Assembly (NCBI RefSeq): GCF_963853765.1
Contig: NC_088859.1
Span: 3,596,001-3,660,000, forward strand
Direction of reading: 5' to 3'
DNA length: 64,000 nt
Source of the DNA: Magallana gigas
Taxonomy: Eukaryota
How positions within the stretch are numbered: the first letter of the stretch is position 1; each line of letters opens with the position of its first letter. Below are positions 20,631 to 33,121 of the stretch, piece after piece. The translations under genes were made by a program, and so were the position numbers. The notes under the pieces were generated by a model. That model had not been told where the DNA came from. It saw only the letters and a list, made by a program, of their open reading frames with translations, and ran no database searches.

Positions 20631-22966
20631 TAGGTCATAATTGCATCTTAAAAGTACTGTTATTTAATGGATAATTTTAATAACGTTTATTAATAATTTA
20701 TTTAAATGGATTCTAGACCCTTACTTAAATGGGTAAAATCTATGATTTTTCCAAAATATTTTCACCATATTATTATAAATAATTGTCAGTTATTCACAGT
20801 TTTTGTAATATTGTGTATCAAATTCAACAACATTTTGGTAAAGAAGGTTTTCCCATATGTCTTTAGTTTGTAAGATTGATCCCCAAGAAGTTTTGGATAT
20901 ACTGAGGGATCAATCTCCGTAATAGTACAGTTACATCAAAAGTTGTTACATTTCATCTATTCTTATGCAGATTTATATAAAAAAAATTAAAATCGAAAAT
21001 TTTTCTTTTTTGCACCTTAAATTGATATCCCATTTGGGCTATTATATCCCAAATGGGTCATTATATCCCATTTGGGCGATTGGTCCCAACCTGTAGAAGT
21101 CAGCATCTTTAAAGCAATATGAGCTGTATTAATAGATGACTCTGATATATCAAGGTCAAAGATCTACTGTGGACTTCTATTGGTTTTGAGGTCTACCAAG
21201 TACTTTGTATAAAAACTGAACCTTATTGGTCCTCTCACATGACAGGCACTACATGTTTTTGTTTCAGTACATGTATTTATTAAAAAAGCTAAAATAATAC
21301 TGGAAAACAGGAGAAACTGTCCCTCACTGTAATACTAAAGTCAGTTTGATCCTGGACTTCTAAGGGGGGCAACTCCTGGTACATTGTCAAATACTTGGAA
21401 TTATTTGTTGGACTGCAAAGAAATAAAATTGTAATTAATGATCAACAAATAGAAACTCGTTGAGAGCAAGAACGTGAGAAAAAAAAGTCCTAATTGAAAT
21501 GGTAATGTGCAAAAAGGTTGAAATGTAGGAAATGTTAAGTTTTTCAAGTATTAATCAATGCCATAATTAATAACATAATTTAGTGTCATTAAATCTATGG
21601 TTTTTACTGGTACGTGTATATGGCATTGGAACATTTCATGCAAGAACAATTATGGTTGGAGAGTGGAAACTTCCAAAAAGTCTGAATATGTGGTTACGAA
21701 ATTTTTGGTGAAATAATTAAGAGAAAATGAATTAGTACAAAACCTGTGGGAAAAATGAATCTTTGTGCAGAAGTTGATACCTGCTAAATTCAGACACCAA
21801 AGTAAAACCCAATCCAAATTTAAAGTCCAAATTGAATTTTATTAACAGTGTAGATACATTAAAAGCTGGCAAAATAATACATCTCAAATGCAGAAAAAAG
21901 AACATGGTGTATAAAAAATATACAGTAAATGATATATTTGGCAAAAAATAAATACTTTTTAAAAAAAATACTATTATAAAATCCTAATCTAATGGTAATA
22001 CTTCACAAATGAATTGTGTGCATTATTAAGAAAATACTAATACTGATTTTACTCATTCTAATCTGCCAGTGGTAACACGCCATTGCATTTTATGCTTAGT
22101 TTATATTGTGGCAGCATTAATCAGACTAGGTAAAGGAAACGGTGGTCTGTACAAAGAGACTGGTTCCGTGTCCAGCTGAGGTGATGTTTTCAATGTGCTT
22201 ATCAAAAAAAATAATCTCAACACAAAATGTCTTGGCAAATATTATCTTTACATACATTACTCAATATCTACAACTTTAATAAATTATATCACAGAAAATA
22301 TTGTTACCAAAAAAGATAACTTGTTAAAACAGTACAACAACCTATAAGTCTTGCAGTACACTGTGTCAATATTGAAAAAAAATTGTTGCTATAAAAAATT
22401 TTTTTTATTTTGAATTTAAAAAAAAATCTAACATTCAATAAAATCAAATAAAACACGCATGGTATAACATAGTGTTGTTATGTAATTCACTCTTAACCAA
22501 AGGATTCCTCGAAAAGAAATCACAAATTGGCTACAATATATTTCCCAATACTGTAAAAAATTAACTAACTAGCTAAATCCTAAATTGTTAAAGTCATCAG
22601 CACTTAAGTTTTCTCACCTGCAGACAGGTGTATCATCAATACTGAGAGCAGTAGGTATCACACAGCTTAACAATAATACTGAATACAAGCCATAGAAGTC
22701 GCAATATGAGCAAAACAAACATATCATAGACAGCCAAACAAGATGTGCATACAAAAAAAAAAAAAAGATCACAAACTCTGGAAAATAAAAATGAAAGAAA
22801 ATCAACAAAAATACTGTACAGTCATGATGGCGGGCACACAGAAAATCACAGCACAAACAAACAGTGAAAGATAAATTAAACAATTATGTCAAAGGGAGGT
22901 AAATCAAGAACGGATCAAGGTAGATAATCCAGTGCAACCACACCCGTGCTACCACTCAGAGAATTA

Positions 22967-25900
22967 TTATACCACGGTGGCAGCGCGTCTGGCTGCAAAG
23001 TCCAGCTGAGCTTTTGTTCGACCGACATAGACTTCTGGTGGTTCAGGGGTCACCAGAAAAACACGGTCCTTTAACTGTACATCCTTAGCTCTCACTCTCT
23101 CTCTGTAAAATAAAGGGTACAGGTAAACTTACTAGTACTTTCTCTACAACCACTACAAATAGACCACCACAAACAGGTTATAAATCTGATCACTGGTATC
23201 ATAAATTCATTACATATGTATTTTTTTCGAGCTTGGATTCAACAGAAATAACAGTGGGTGGGGCTTTTGAATTTGTGGTTCACTTAGTGTGAAAGTAGAA
23301 TAGTAAATATTATACAGTATTTAGGGTTCTTTTGTTCATGGGGGATATGAATTGATAATATTTTTGGTTTACTATATTATATTAGTACACAGTACAAGGT
23401 ATGTCAACCTTTTTTTCTATAAGTACCATACAAATCGTATCAGTAAGTTGTTAACTATACATGCTAGATTGATTTTCAAATCCTGCAAAAACTGGTGTAG
23501 CATTTTCAAAGCATTCGAAAATCAAATTTCAAATAGATGGACATATACTTTGCTTAATCTGTTAACAGACTTGATTGATTGCTAGCTTACTTGAGGAATT
23601 TCTCCATGACGGCGTTCAGTTTGCCGGTCTTGGACTGGAACACACTGCCATGGCCGTTCTTATGCTGGCACTCCTCCCACTTCTGAACGTCATAGCGACC
23701 AGCTCCCACAGGGTTCTGAAGAAAGAAGGACTCCACTGTAGATTACTGAGTAAGGACCATCAGACATGACAAAAATTAACATCTCTGAACATGAACGAGA
23801 TGAGTGAACATCTCTGAACGTGAACGAGATGAGTGAGGTTTGAACTAGGCAGGTCCTCGGTCTTGCGGTTGTCTGGCAACAAGTGATATTTAAACAAGTG
23901 ACCCATTTGTTCTTGGTTTTATTAAAGCATCTGTATAATTACCAAGTAACTTTTTCTGTAGTTCTATAAGATTTATAGGCCTTCTTCATACAACAAACAA
24001 AATTTTTATGATAACACAAATCTGTTCAGCTCTAATTGGGAGTGAGCTCAGGTTTGTATAAAGGAGCGACCTCTGGCTTACCACCACTCAGGACCTCAGG
24101 TACGGACAGGGAAACTCCTGGCTAAAAGCTCAGATCATTTAACACAAGAATGTACTTGTTAAGTGAGAATACCTCCCGAGATGTTTCTCCTCAAAACAGT
24201 ATATGGTTTCACCATCATATGATGACAAGACATCTTACTTCCGACATTATAATGACAAGACATCAGACATTTAAGTGACAACTTACAAAGTTCCTGGTGA
24301 AGAACCTCTGTGACACTCGGTCATTCCTCTGGGCCGTGGACAGGAAGCCGGGTGAGTTTTTGGTCTCGGGCTTGGACAGCTGTTTGGGTTCATATGTCCC
24401 TGGTCCAGGTGTTCCCTGTATATAAATCCTTATTAATTATAACCTATCTATAAATCATTATTAATCATAACTAGCAGTAATTGATAGTCAACTCCTCAAA
24501 AACTCCTCACATTATTTCTTAATTGCATAAAATTTTCTGCAAAATTTGAAAAAAATTTTTTAAATGAAACAAAAACGAAATGCTGGCTATAGATAATAAT
24601 TCCCATATATACATTGATTATAAAATACTAGTGTAGTTTTAGTAGATATATTTTTGTATTATATATGCTTGACTTTCATACACTACTCACAATGACTTCA
24701 TGTATTAAAAATTTATTACCTGAACTTGCATTAATTATGGCTTCTACGTGGTTTATGGTTTTGAATCAGCTGTTATTTTGTAAGCAATATAACTTAATAC
24801 AATTTGTTAGCACCAGTACATATAGAAGTGTAACAGAACAAATATATACGGGCTACAGTCAGCATTTTTCGGTTATGCTACATCAGCTTCTGAGTGAGTT
24901 GCCTTACTACTCGGTAACTGTCAGATGTTAATACATGTAGTTATAAGCTATAATTGATCCACAATTTACATTGATGATCAGATCTCCTAATTAGATAAAA
25001 CCCCAAATGACTCCACTGGCCTCCTCTGTAAAGATTATTTTCAATATACTGGGCAGTAACTTAAGATTTCCACCAACACAAGACACAACATTTAAATCTG
25101 TTTTGACAATGTGGAAGCTTGGTATTCCTTCCTCACCTCCTCCTTAGGACACTGTGATAGAGTGGAACAGAGAATTCGTTCCGTTCCTTTCCGGGGATGC
25201 TGTTCCACTTTCCCGAACTTTCCTTGTCGCACGCGGTGCTCTGTCTTCCAGTCGTCCACAAAAGACTTCAGCTCGTACTGCCCTGGTCCTAGGTCAGCCA
25301 GTTTCTGATCAAAAATATTAGTGTGCTTAAAATCAAACAAGCATTTTGAAAGACCATATATTATAATACAGTTATACTGTATGCCTAAGATCCAAGATTG
25401 CCTGCAAATTAGAATCTTAATAACTTAAAGGTTAAATCAAGTTTCTTTTTACAATCTAGCATGCATAATTCTATTTGAAATCATTCACTGTCTGTACAAG
25501 AAATCAAAAGGTACTACCATAATACAGTAAAACTCGTTTATTACGAACACGGATATTGCAAATTCACGGATATAGCGAAGTCATCTTGGATCCCCAACAA
25601 TGTGAATTTATTCAATTTCTAATACGGCTATAACGAATTACAGATATAACGAAGTAATTTCTTGGGTCCCAGTGACTTCGTTATAACCGAGTTTTGCTGT
25701 AATGTAGTTAACAAAAATCTTCTTGGTCAAAGTTTATATGTCATTTATTTTAAGATGGTATATATGTGTAAAGATATAAGACCTATAGAGAATGCAATGT
25801 TACCAAGGCAACACTTACAGGAGCAGCCAGGTAGCCATCATTGATTGGCTTGTTTCTGTCCCCGGAGAACAAATCGTAGGGCCCCCTCAGGCTGGTCACC

Positions 25901-28900
25901 TTCTCCACTGCCTCCTGGGTGAAGCTCTTGAAGTTGTAGGTTCCAGGTCCCAGTTCCGAGCCCTGAGAAAAATCAGCATTCCTCAATGAACCATTTACAA
26001 AAATAAACAACATTACGAATGATAAAGATTTGATATATTGTAATAAAACAAAGAATGAAGATACCCATAAAAGTGCAAGAATATTCACATGCAAATTTTA
26101 AAATTCTGACACTTGCAAACTTTATGAAAATACAACAAAAGTTTGGTGCTTGCAATTTAATACAAAACTACAGAATTGCAGGATTAACTAGAGGTACTGT
26201 GAGCAAGCTCACAATTGATACCCCCCGCTAAGAAAAATCATAACTCATGTATTTTTTCTATTATAGAAAATATTGAATGAATCTATTTCATCGTCCATTT
26301 TCTATAAATAACAACTGCTCTATTTTTTAAAACTGTTATTGCTTATATGAGTACACAAACCAATTTCTATTCTTTAAATTCCATTTTAGTTCAAGTTAAC
26401 TGTTAATGCATGAGGACATTTGCATCCTTATGTTAACAAACATGACTCGAATCAAACGAAATTCCACATGTCAAGCAGCCACTTAATATAAACATTTTGA
26501 ATTATTGGTATACTGAGCCCGATATTTTTTTAACAATGACTTTGAACTTCCTCAATTGACCTTTGGTCAAGGTCATGACATACTCTCAGGTTATAAGCAT
26601 TCTAGATGTGAATTAAGAACTTCCAATATTTGTCCATTAGAAAGATATGGACTGGACACGAGTTTTATACTTTTCTGCAAGTGACCTTGGCCTTGCCCAA
26701 ATGACCTTGGGTCAAGGTCATGACAAACCCTTAGCTTATAAGCAATCTTTGTGTGAACTGAGAACTTCCAATGTTTCTCCAGAAGAAAGATATGGACCGG
26801 GCAAGAATTTTGCACTTTTTTCTGCCATTGACCTTGACCTTGCCCGAATGACCTTGGGTCAAGGTCATGACACACCCTTAGGTCATAAGCAATCTTTGTG
26901 TGAAGTAAGAACTTCCAATGTTTCTCCATTAAAAAGATATGGACCGGACACGAATTTTGCAATTTTTTCTGTCAGTGACCTTGACCTTGCCCAAATGACC
27001 TTGTGTTAAGGTCATGACACACCCTTAGGTCATTAACAATCTTTGTGTGAAGTTAAAACTTCCAATGTTTCTCCAGAAGAAAGATATGGACCGGACACGA
27101 ATTTTGCACTTTTTCTGCCAGTGACCTTGACCTTGCCCGAATGACCTTGGTTCAAGGTCATGACACACCCTTAGGTCATAAGCATTCTTTGTGTGAAGTA
27201 AGAACTTCTAATGTTTCTCCATAAGAAAGATATGGACCGGACACGAATTTTGCACTTTTTCTGCCAGTGACCTTGACCTTGCCCAAATGACCTTGGTTCA
27301 AGGTCATGACACACCCTTAGGTCATAAGCAATCTTTGTGTGAAGTAAGAACTTCTAATGTTTCTCCATAAGAAAGATATGGACCGGACACGAATCGAACA
27401 GACAGACGGACAGACGGACGGACGGACGGACGGACGGACGGACAAGGTGATTCCTATATACCCCCCCAAACTTCGTTTGTGGGGGGTATAATTACTTATG
27501 TAAAATATGATATCTACAGTATACATTGTCAACTATAATTTTGAGGCTTTGGGCATTTTATGGGGAACTAGAGAGAAATTGCAAATAGTTTAGGGGGCTT
27601 CAGGTAAATATTGAAATGAACAACATTTTTGCTCCATTAACCATCACTGACAAAGTGCAAATACAGGGCAAAAATAACTTGGTATACAGTATTCTTATGA
27701 ACTAATGAACAAATGCATTTTAAAGCTGCTTGGTCCGATTTTTTTGTAATTACAGTATCAAAATTTTTTCCATACAAATCATTTATCTTAGAAAATTATG
27801 GACTTTTTCCTATTTACACCAGCAGAATAAGTCTCCTTTCAAAGTTAGAAATATTCAAAGTAAATAAAAATAATTTCTTTTTGGGCAAACGAAAAAACAA
27901 ACCAAAATGCATCACAGGAATGTTTAGAGAAGGAAACCGTTTGGTTTCGTCCCCCCGAATAATTGGGGTTATTCAATCCGCATGATATGCATTGATTGTA
28001 AAGAAAGCAAACTTCAGAAATATTAGCGAACAAAACTTACACTTTTTCATTTGTAATTTGTCTGATCATTTCAACCTATATTTAAAGTGATGTCAATGTT
28101 GTAAAACAACCATACCCGTCTCGTCGGCAGGGGTAAACTTTAACATGAGGCGAAATAACGCAGTACCCTTTTATGTCGTTTGATTTGTTAGCAAATTTTG
28201 TACGAATTTTTCTTAATTGAAATTTCGCTTAATTGACTGGGAAAACTACTGCAATGTCTATTATTATACATATACTTAGCATAACCATCGTTTAAAAGCG
28301 TGCGCAAAATTTGATACAAAATCGGACCAAGCAGCTTTAAATGGTGTTATTGGATATAATTTAGACTTACGACAGATGGTAGATTTCTGGGGGTGGAGGA
28401 GCCAGCGTCTAGCATCCCCACAGTGCTAGTGGATTTCTTGGCCTTCTCCTCTACTGCTGAGTGGGGGATTCCACCCTTACCATAAGTACCAGGGCCTGGG
28501 GTCTCATTCTACAACAGAAAGGGCGGTCTGAATCTCAAAGTACAAGTGAATAACAACAATTCTGGTTTCCTCGACAGGTCTAAATTTTTTAGTTCTTACA
28601 GCAGCCACATTTTCTTTGAAGCGTTGATCCCTGGTCTGACAAACTCCACGAATACTTCTAGGTTTTTCCTCGGACACCTGAAGGAAATCCTTGATGTCGT
28701 ATGAACCAGGAGCTAGCTTCCTTTGCTGAAAATAAAGTTAAATCAAGTGTATACTAACAGTTGTAGAATACCTAAATTCCTGATGTATGATAAATCTAAA
28801 ACCATCCCACTGGGCAAGTACACTAGCTGATAATCTTTTAAAGTTTATCCATCTTCATCTTGCTTTAGGCATCCTTAAGAAGTCCAATCTTTATTCTAAT

Positions 28901-30475
28901 CTACTTTGTATATTAATTTGATGACAAAGCATATTTACATGTTGACAGGTCATGTTGTATGAATAAGTAGGCTAATGTGATTAATACCAAGAGTCGTTTC
29001 AGTTCCCACTGGTCTTTGTGTAACAGATGAGGAAGGGCGGCCATTCTCTCCACTTCGTAGGCTCGAGCCCAGCCCGGCCCACTCGCTCGCTCATCCACAG
29101 TCTTCTTATTGAACCCACCCACATCCACCTTGTATGAACCAGGGGCCAGTCGACGATTCTAAATAACAGAAAAAAGGATTCTCATATTTTCTGCATTCTG
29201 AAAACTGAAGAGTAACATGGAATCTAAACATAACCTCACATTACATGCATCTCGTAAGAGTAGCTGCAGATCTGTAGCTCTCTGGTTGAAAAAATTATGA
29301 TAGACAAACCAGTTTGTCTATCCGAATTTTTTCAACCAGAGAGCTACAGATCTGCAACTACTCGTAAGAGGTGAATATAAGATTAACTGTATTCAACACC
29401 TTCAATTTATTGTCAAAATACAATAAATTAACAAAGTACATTAATTGCAACAAAACACCATACATATCTTTTAAATTACAGAATAAGTTATGCTTTGTTT
29501 TTAAAGATTGGATTTCCCAATAACTTATAAATTATATTTCAACTGTTTTTATTTATCTTTTACATGCAGTTTCAACACATTTTTTTTTTTATAGTGTTTA
29601 ATTGCATTCCACAAAATGAATAGAGACCACTGACCAATACATTTTATATGCAAGTTGTAGTTATTACATACTAGTTAAAGGTAGTCACTTTTCATGACAA
29701 ACCCAAGGAACTTGATTGTAGGTCCCTTTCATTACCCTCATCTGTAAATCAATTTTTATGCTTTCATGATGTTAAAATTCATTATGTAAAAATTAAATTC
29801 AAATCGATTTTGAATGTTGGAATGACTTCACAGTTCACAAGGCCATGTATATATGGTTACTGATCAAATATAGATTTAAAAAGCTTTATTTCAATCTTTA
29901 CTTTTCGTCAATTTACAGCAGAGGTTGCAGGACAAAGTTCATTATGCTATTGAACATCTAGTGTTTGGTATATATACTTGATAGTCAAAGATTAATATAA
30001 AACTAACAATCATGTAAATGTGAAATATATTTATAGAACTCTCAAAATAATAATGTCCAAATATAGATTTATATATAATTTCTTAATTATATTGTATTTT
30101 ATATTTCTGTTTTAGCCATATGTTAACTTGTATAATCAGTCAGAGTGTTTACCAGTTCATCAATGGACTTTTTATCATACGGGATCTCTGTGAAGGTCCC
30201 GGGATATTTACTTTTGGGGTGCACTCCAGAGACGTCAAATCTAAAATGATACATATAATGATACAATAGCAAAAGCAGTCAGTGATCCAGACATTGCAAA
30301 TTGCTTGGCATGACAGATATTATAAGGCATGTAGAGTGATTCTATTTATTATTCGAAAGCGATTAATTGGGGTCATGAACACTCCCCCTAATTGGCCTAA
30401 AAATGAAATAAGACGAATGGTGTACCTCGCTGTTTGGGTTCCAAATGGGGCCCCTGTGTATTTTTTCTCGGCCAT
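22967..30475 (-). CDS. CIMAP2: Ciliary microtubule-associated protein 2 / lymphocyte expansion molecule (C1orf177)-like, with PGPG(T/S)Y repeats, ~424 aa
   Basis: Exons 30426-30475, 30153-30240, 28988-29158, 28600-28725, 28371-28508, 25819-25962, 25137-25304, 24287-24415, 23591-23715, 22967-23102 join in frame (1275 nt). MAEKKYTGAPFGTQTARFDVSGVHP, GPGWARAYE, GSELGPGTY...RGPYDLFSGDRNKP, TERILCSTLSQCP and NPVGAGRY parallel the human LEXM sequence as I recall it. Confidence 0.85.
25525..25699. mobile_element. Tc1/mariner (Tigger-like) MITE
   Basis: ta|cagtaaaactcg ... cgagttttgctg|ta TIRs with TA flanks. Confidence 0.75.
26186..27492 (-). mobile_element. Helentron HINE carrying a ~146-147-bp satellite-like tandem array (about 6 units)
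   Basis: aactagag end, gtgagc-aa-gctcac palindrome and gataccccccgc subterminal at the left. Units recur at 26641, 26786, 26933, 27080, 27226, 27372. (gacg)n microsatellite and tatacccccc...ggggggtataat hairpin at the right. Confidence 0.9.
27724..28336. mobile_element. Non-autonomous Kolobok-like DNA transposon
   Basis: ttaa|agctgcttggtccgatttt ... aaaatcggaccaagcagct|ttaa: perfect ~19-bp TIRs, AG...CT ends and a TTAA TSD. Confidence 0.85.
29261..29360. mobile_element. 100-bp hairpin MITE flanked by the 10-bp direct repeat ctcgtaagag
   Basis: 49-bp arms that are near-perfect reverse complements around a 2-nt loop. ctcgtaagag lies at 29251-29260 and 29361-29370. Confidence 0.8.
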
Positions 30476-30558
30476 GGTTGTATTTCTGATAAATCAGCTG
30501 ATAAAATCCCAAATTTTTCACTTTAACATCTTTTTTCTCTGTACTTCAGCGGGAAAAC

Positions 30559-30571
30559 GTCACATGGCAAC
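30559..30571. promoter_or_regulatory. RFX X-box-like motif (gtcacatggcaac) upstream of the CIMAP2 ATG
   Basis: catggcaac half-site about 85 bp upstream of a ciliary gene start. RFX regulation of ciliary genes is established. Confidence 0.5.
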
Positions 30572-31170
30572 CATAACAAAAAAGGTCCGGCTATTTGACG
30601 GACTAATACTGCAGGGATTTAAAAGCCCTGCAAGGAAAAGTAAATGATCAAAAACTGTTAAATCAGTTCAATAAAATCTCCGTAATTTTTATATGAATTA
30701 TAAAATAATTACCAAACTTTACCATAGTTCTCTAATTTGTTGGGGGGAAAAAAGTAAAGGCTAATTAACGAAAAATTCATGTTATGAAGGGAGCTGATCA
30801 AGGATATAGAATCGAACTCCACTTCACACACACACACACACACACACTATACAGACACACACGCACGGATTTCATGAATTATATTTGTAAGAATTTTGTA
30901 AACCTATCTCACAGGAACAAGTTAGATGTGCATGAAATAATGTAATAATGTAATACCGATTTTTTTTTTTGCAAAATGCATAATGGATGGTCACTATTGT
31001 TTATCACTTCATCAATAATTTGGAAGTCTCTTCAATTTTTGTATTCCTTGTACTCTGTATGCCCACTGGACTAAAAACTCTGGAAAAAAAATAATTGTTT
31101 GTCAGATCTTGCCTCTGCTGGGTTTGAATACAAATATCTAGCATAGGTAAGGTTTAACGCTTTAGCTAGT

Positions 31171-31275
31171 CATCTTCGCTAACCAAGGGTTTTCGGTCCA
31201 CTTTGCTCCTCATAAATTTTATAAATAATTTTATGGGGAGCAAAGTGGACCGAAAACCCTTGGCTAGCGAAGATG
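31171..31275. mobile_element. 105-bp hairpin MITE with CAT...ATG ends and 8-bp TSD tagctagt
   Basis: Arms catcttcgctaaccaagggttttcggtccactttgctcc / ggagcaaagtggaccgaaaacccttggctagcgaagatg. tagctagt lies at 31163-31170 and 31276-31283. Confidence 0.8.
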
Positions 31276-31465
31276 TAGCTAGTAGGTACATCACTATCCA
31301 ATCGTTTTTCTCATCATTCACATGTGACAAATATGATTGTTGCAGTGCTGACTGAAATAGCAGGCCTGCTTCAAGATTGTAGCAGCTGCTAAGTTTGAAA
31401 CTAGGTCCTGTTGAACACACTGAATGAATTAATGCTGTTAATGCTAAACTAGCATATCTTTCATA

Positions 31466-31604
31466 ATCACAATGGCTATGTAGCTAGTTAACTTTTACTA
31501 TCACAATGGCTATGTAGAGCTAGTTAACTTTTACTATCACAATGGCTATGTAGAGCTAGTTAACTTTTACTATCACAATGGCTATGTAGAGCTAGTTAAC
31601 TTTT
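31466..31604. repeat. 36-bp tandem repeat, 4 copies (tatcacaatggctatgtagagctagttaacttttac)
   Basis: Directly visible. The first copy lacks 2 nt. Confidence 0.9.
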
Positions 31605-33121
31605 CTTGAACGCAGAACTGTTCTTCTCTTTTTTTTTAAATTTTAAATTTCATTTTCCAAAATTCAGATTCATTTATTTAAATGACTGATTATTAGCTGG
31701 TATCATGTTTCATCTTATGATATCAATCCAATGAGTTTTGAATGTTTGTGGCAGGTACTGATATCTCTTTTATTCCACAATATGTTCTAGGATGAAACGA
31801 ACTCCCTTATGAGGTCAGTTGCAAGTTAATTGATCACCCATCGACTATCTTCTGTACAGAATGAAGCGACCACTCGCTAATGCAGCTAACTCTTTTCCTG
31901 GAAATCACTTGGCAAAGAATGTTTATCTAATATTTCTCCTATAATACTAGTTTTACACAAATCATACACTTTACCATAGATACATAAAAGGTTGTAGGCT
32001 ATCTCAGTCTTTAAACATGTTTCGTTCTAGCGACTCTAATATTCTTTCAAACCATTGCAGGTTCTTTAAAAGGGTATTTTTCATTTGTATCAAAATAAGT
32101 CCCTTGGTCTCGTGAAAAATAAGAACACTTTTTGAGCATGTTTTCCAATTTAATTCTGCAAAATTTATATATTTTCAATTTGTAGTTGGTATGAAAAATA
32201 AGATGACATGTGGAACAGATGACTATCAACATATGAACAATAGAAAATAAATATCTGAGAAACTGATGAGAAAGACGTAAAAAAAATAATGGCTGACAAG
32301 TAAAAGGACTGGTAAAAGACAGCAGTGTGCGGCTTAAAAGTCACCACTTCTCCTTGTAAAACACAAACATTACCATACTACTCACGGAACTCCATGGATA
32401 GGCAATAAAACTCAAGTACTAAAATTTATTGTCTGAAAAAATCTAAAATTTCAATTTATCACAAACAGTAAATGCAAACATACAATCAAAAAATTTTTTC
32501 TCCTTTAATAGAAAATTTTGCTATAAGGATTTAACATCTGGTCATAAAAAAAACCTCCGTGACAAAAGAACCAAATTTACAAGAGAAATTGAAATGGAAC
32601 AATTTTTTGGAATAAACTACTGTCTGCTAACATACTATTGCAAAATGCAGCAATCAACAATTTCAATCATTTTTCCAGTCCATTGTTTTTTGAAAAATCA
32701 TTTACAACTTTATTAAGGATAGTTGATCTTAATGTTACAAAATTAGATTTCAACTTTCCTTTTACAAATTCCCCATTCTTGATCTTTCTTTAGAGAGAGA
32801 AAAATTAATCCAGGCCTTAAATACATTTAATTTGATGAAGAATGCCATTACACATAGATGTATTTGTTTTTACTTCTGGTGGTATGACAAGTATTATTGC
32901 TGAATACCAACAGTGACTACTTAAAATCACTATTTAGTTCACTTAAAAGCCGATATTGCACACAAAATGTCAGTATGTCACAACCAATCAAGTGGTTCAG
33001 TCAGTTTGGCACCAGCCTCGTGTTTTTCTCCCTCTGACACAGTTTTCTCTCTTAGATGGAGGGACCAACTTCTATCCCTGGACTGCCGCTTTACCATACC
33101 ACATCAGCACCAACTCGCACG

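Noticed and set aside
26186-27492. Regular repeats as a CRISPR-like array (also 39849-40964)
   Set aside because: No unique spacers, no cas genes, eukaryotic intronic context.
26591-27532. ORFs across the 147-bp array
   Set aside because: Products of satellite repeats inside a HINE. I also did not equate the monomer with the 166-bp Cg170 satellite because the measured period is 145-147 bp.
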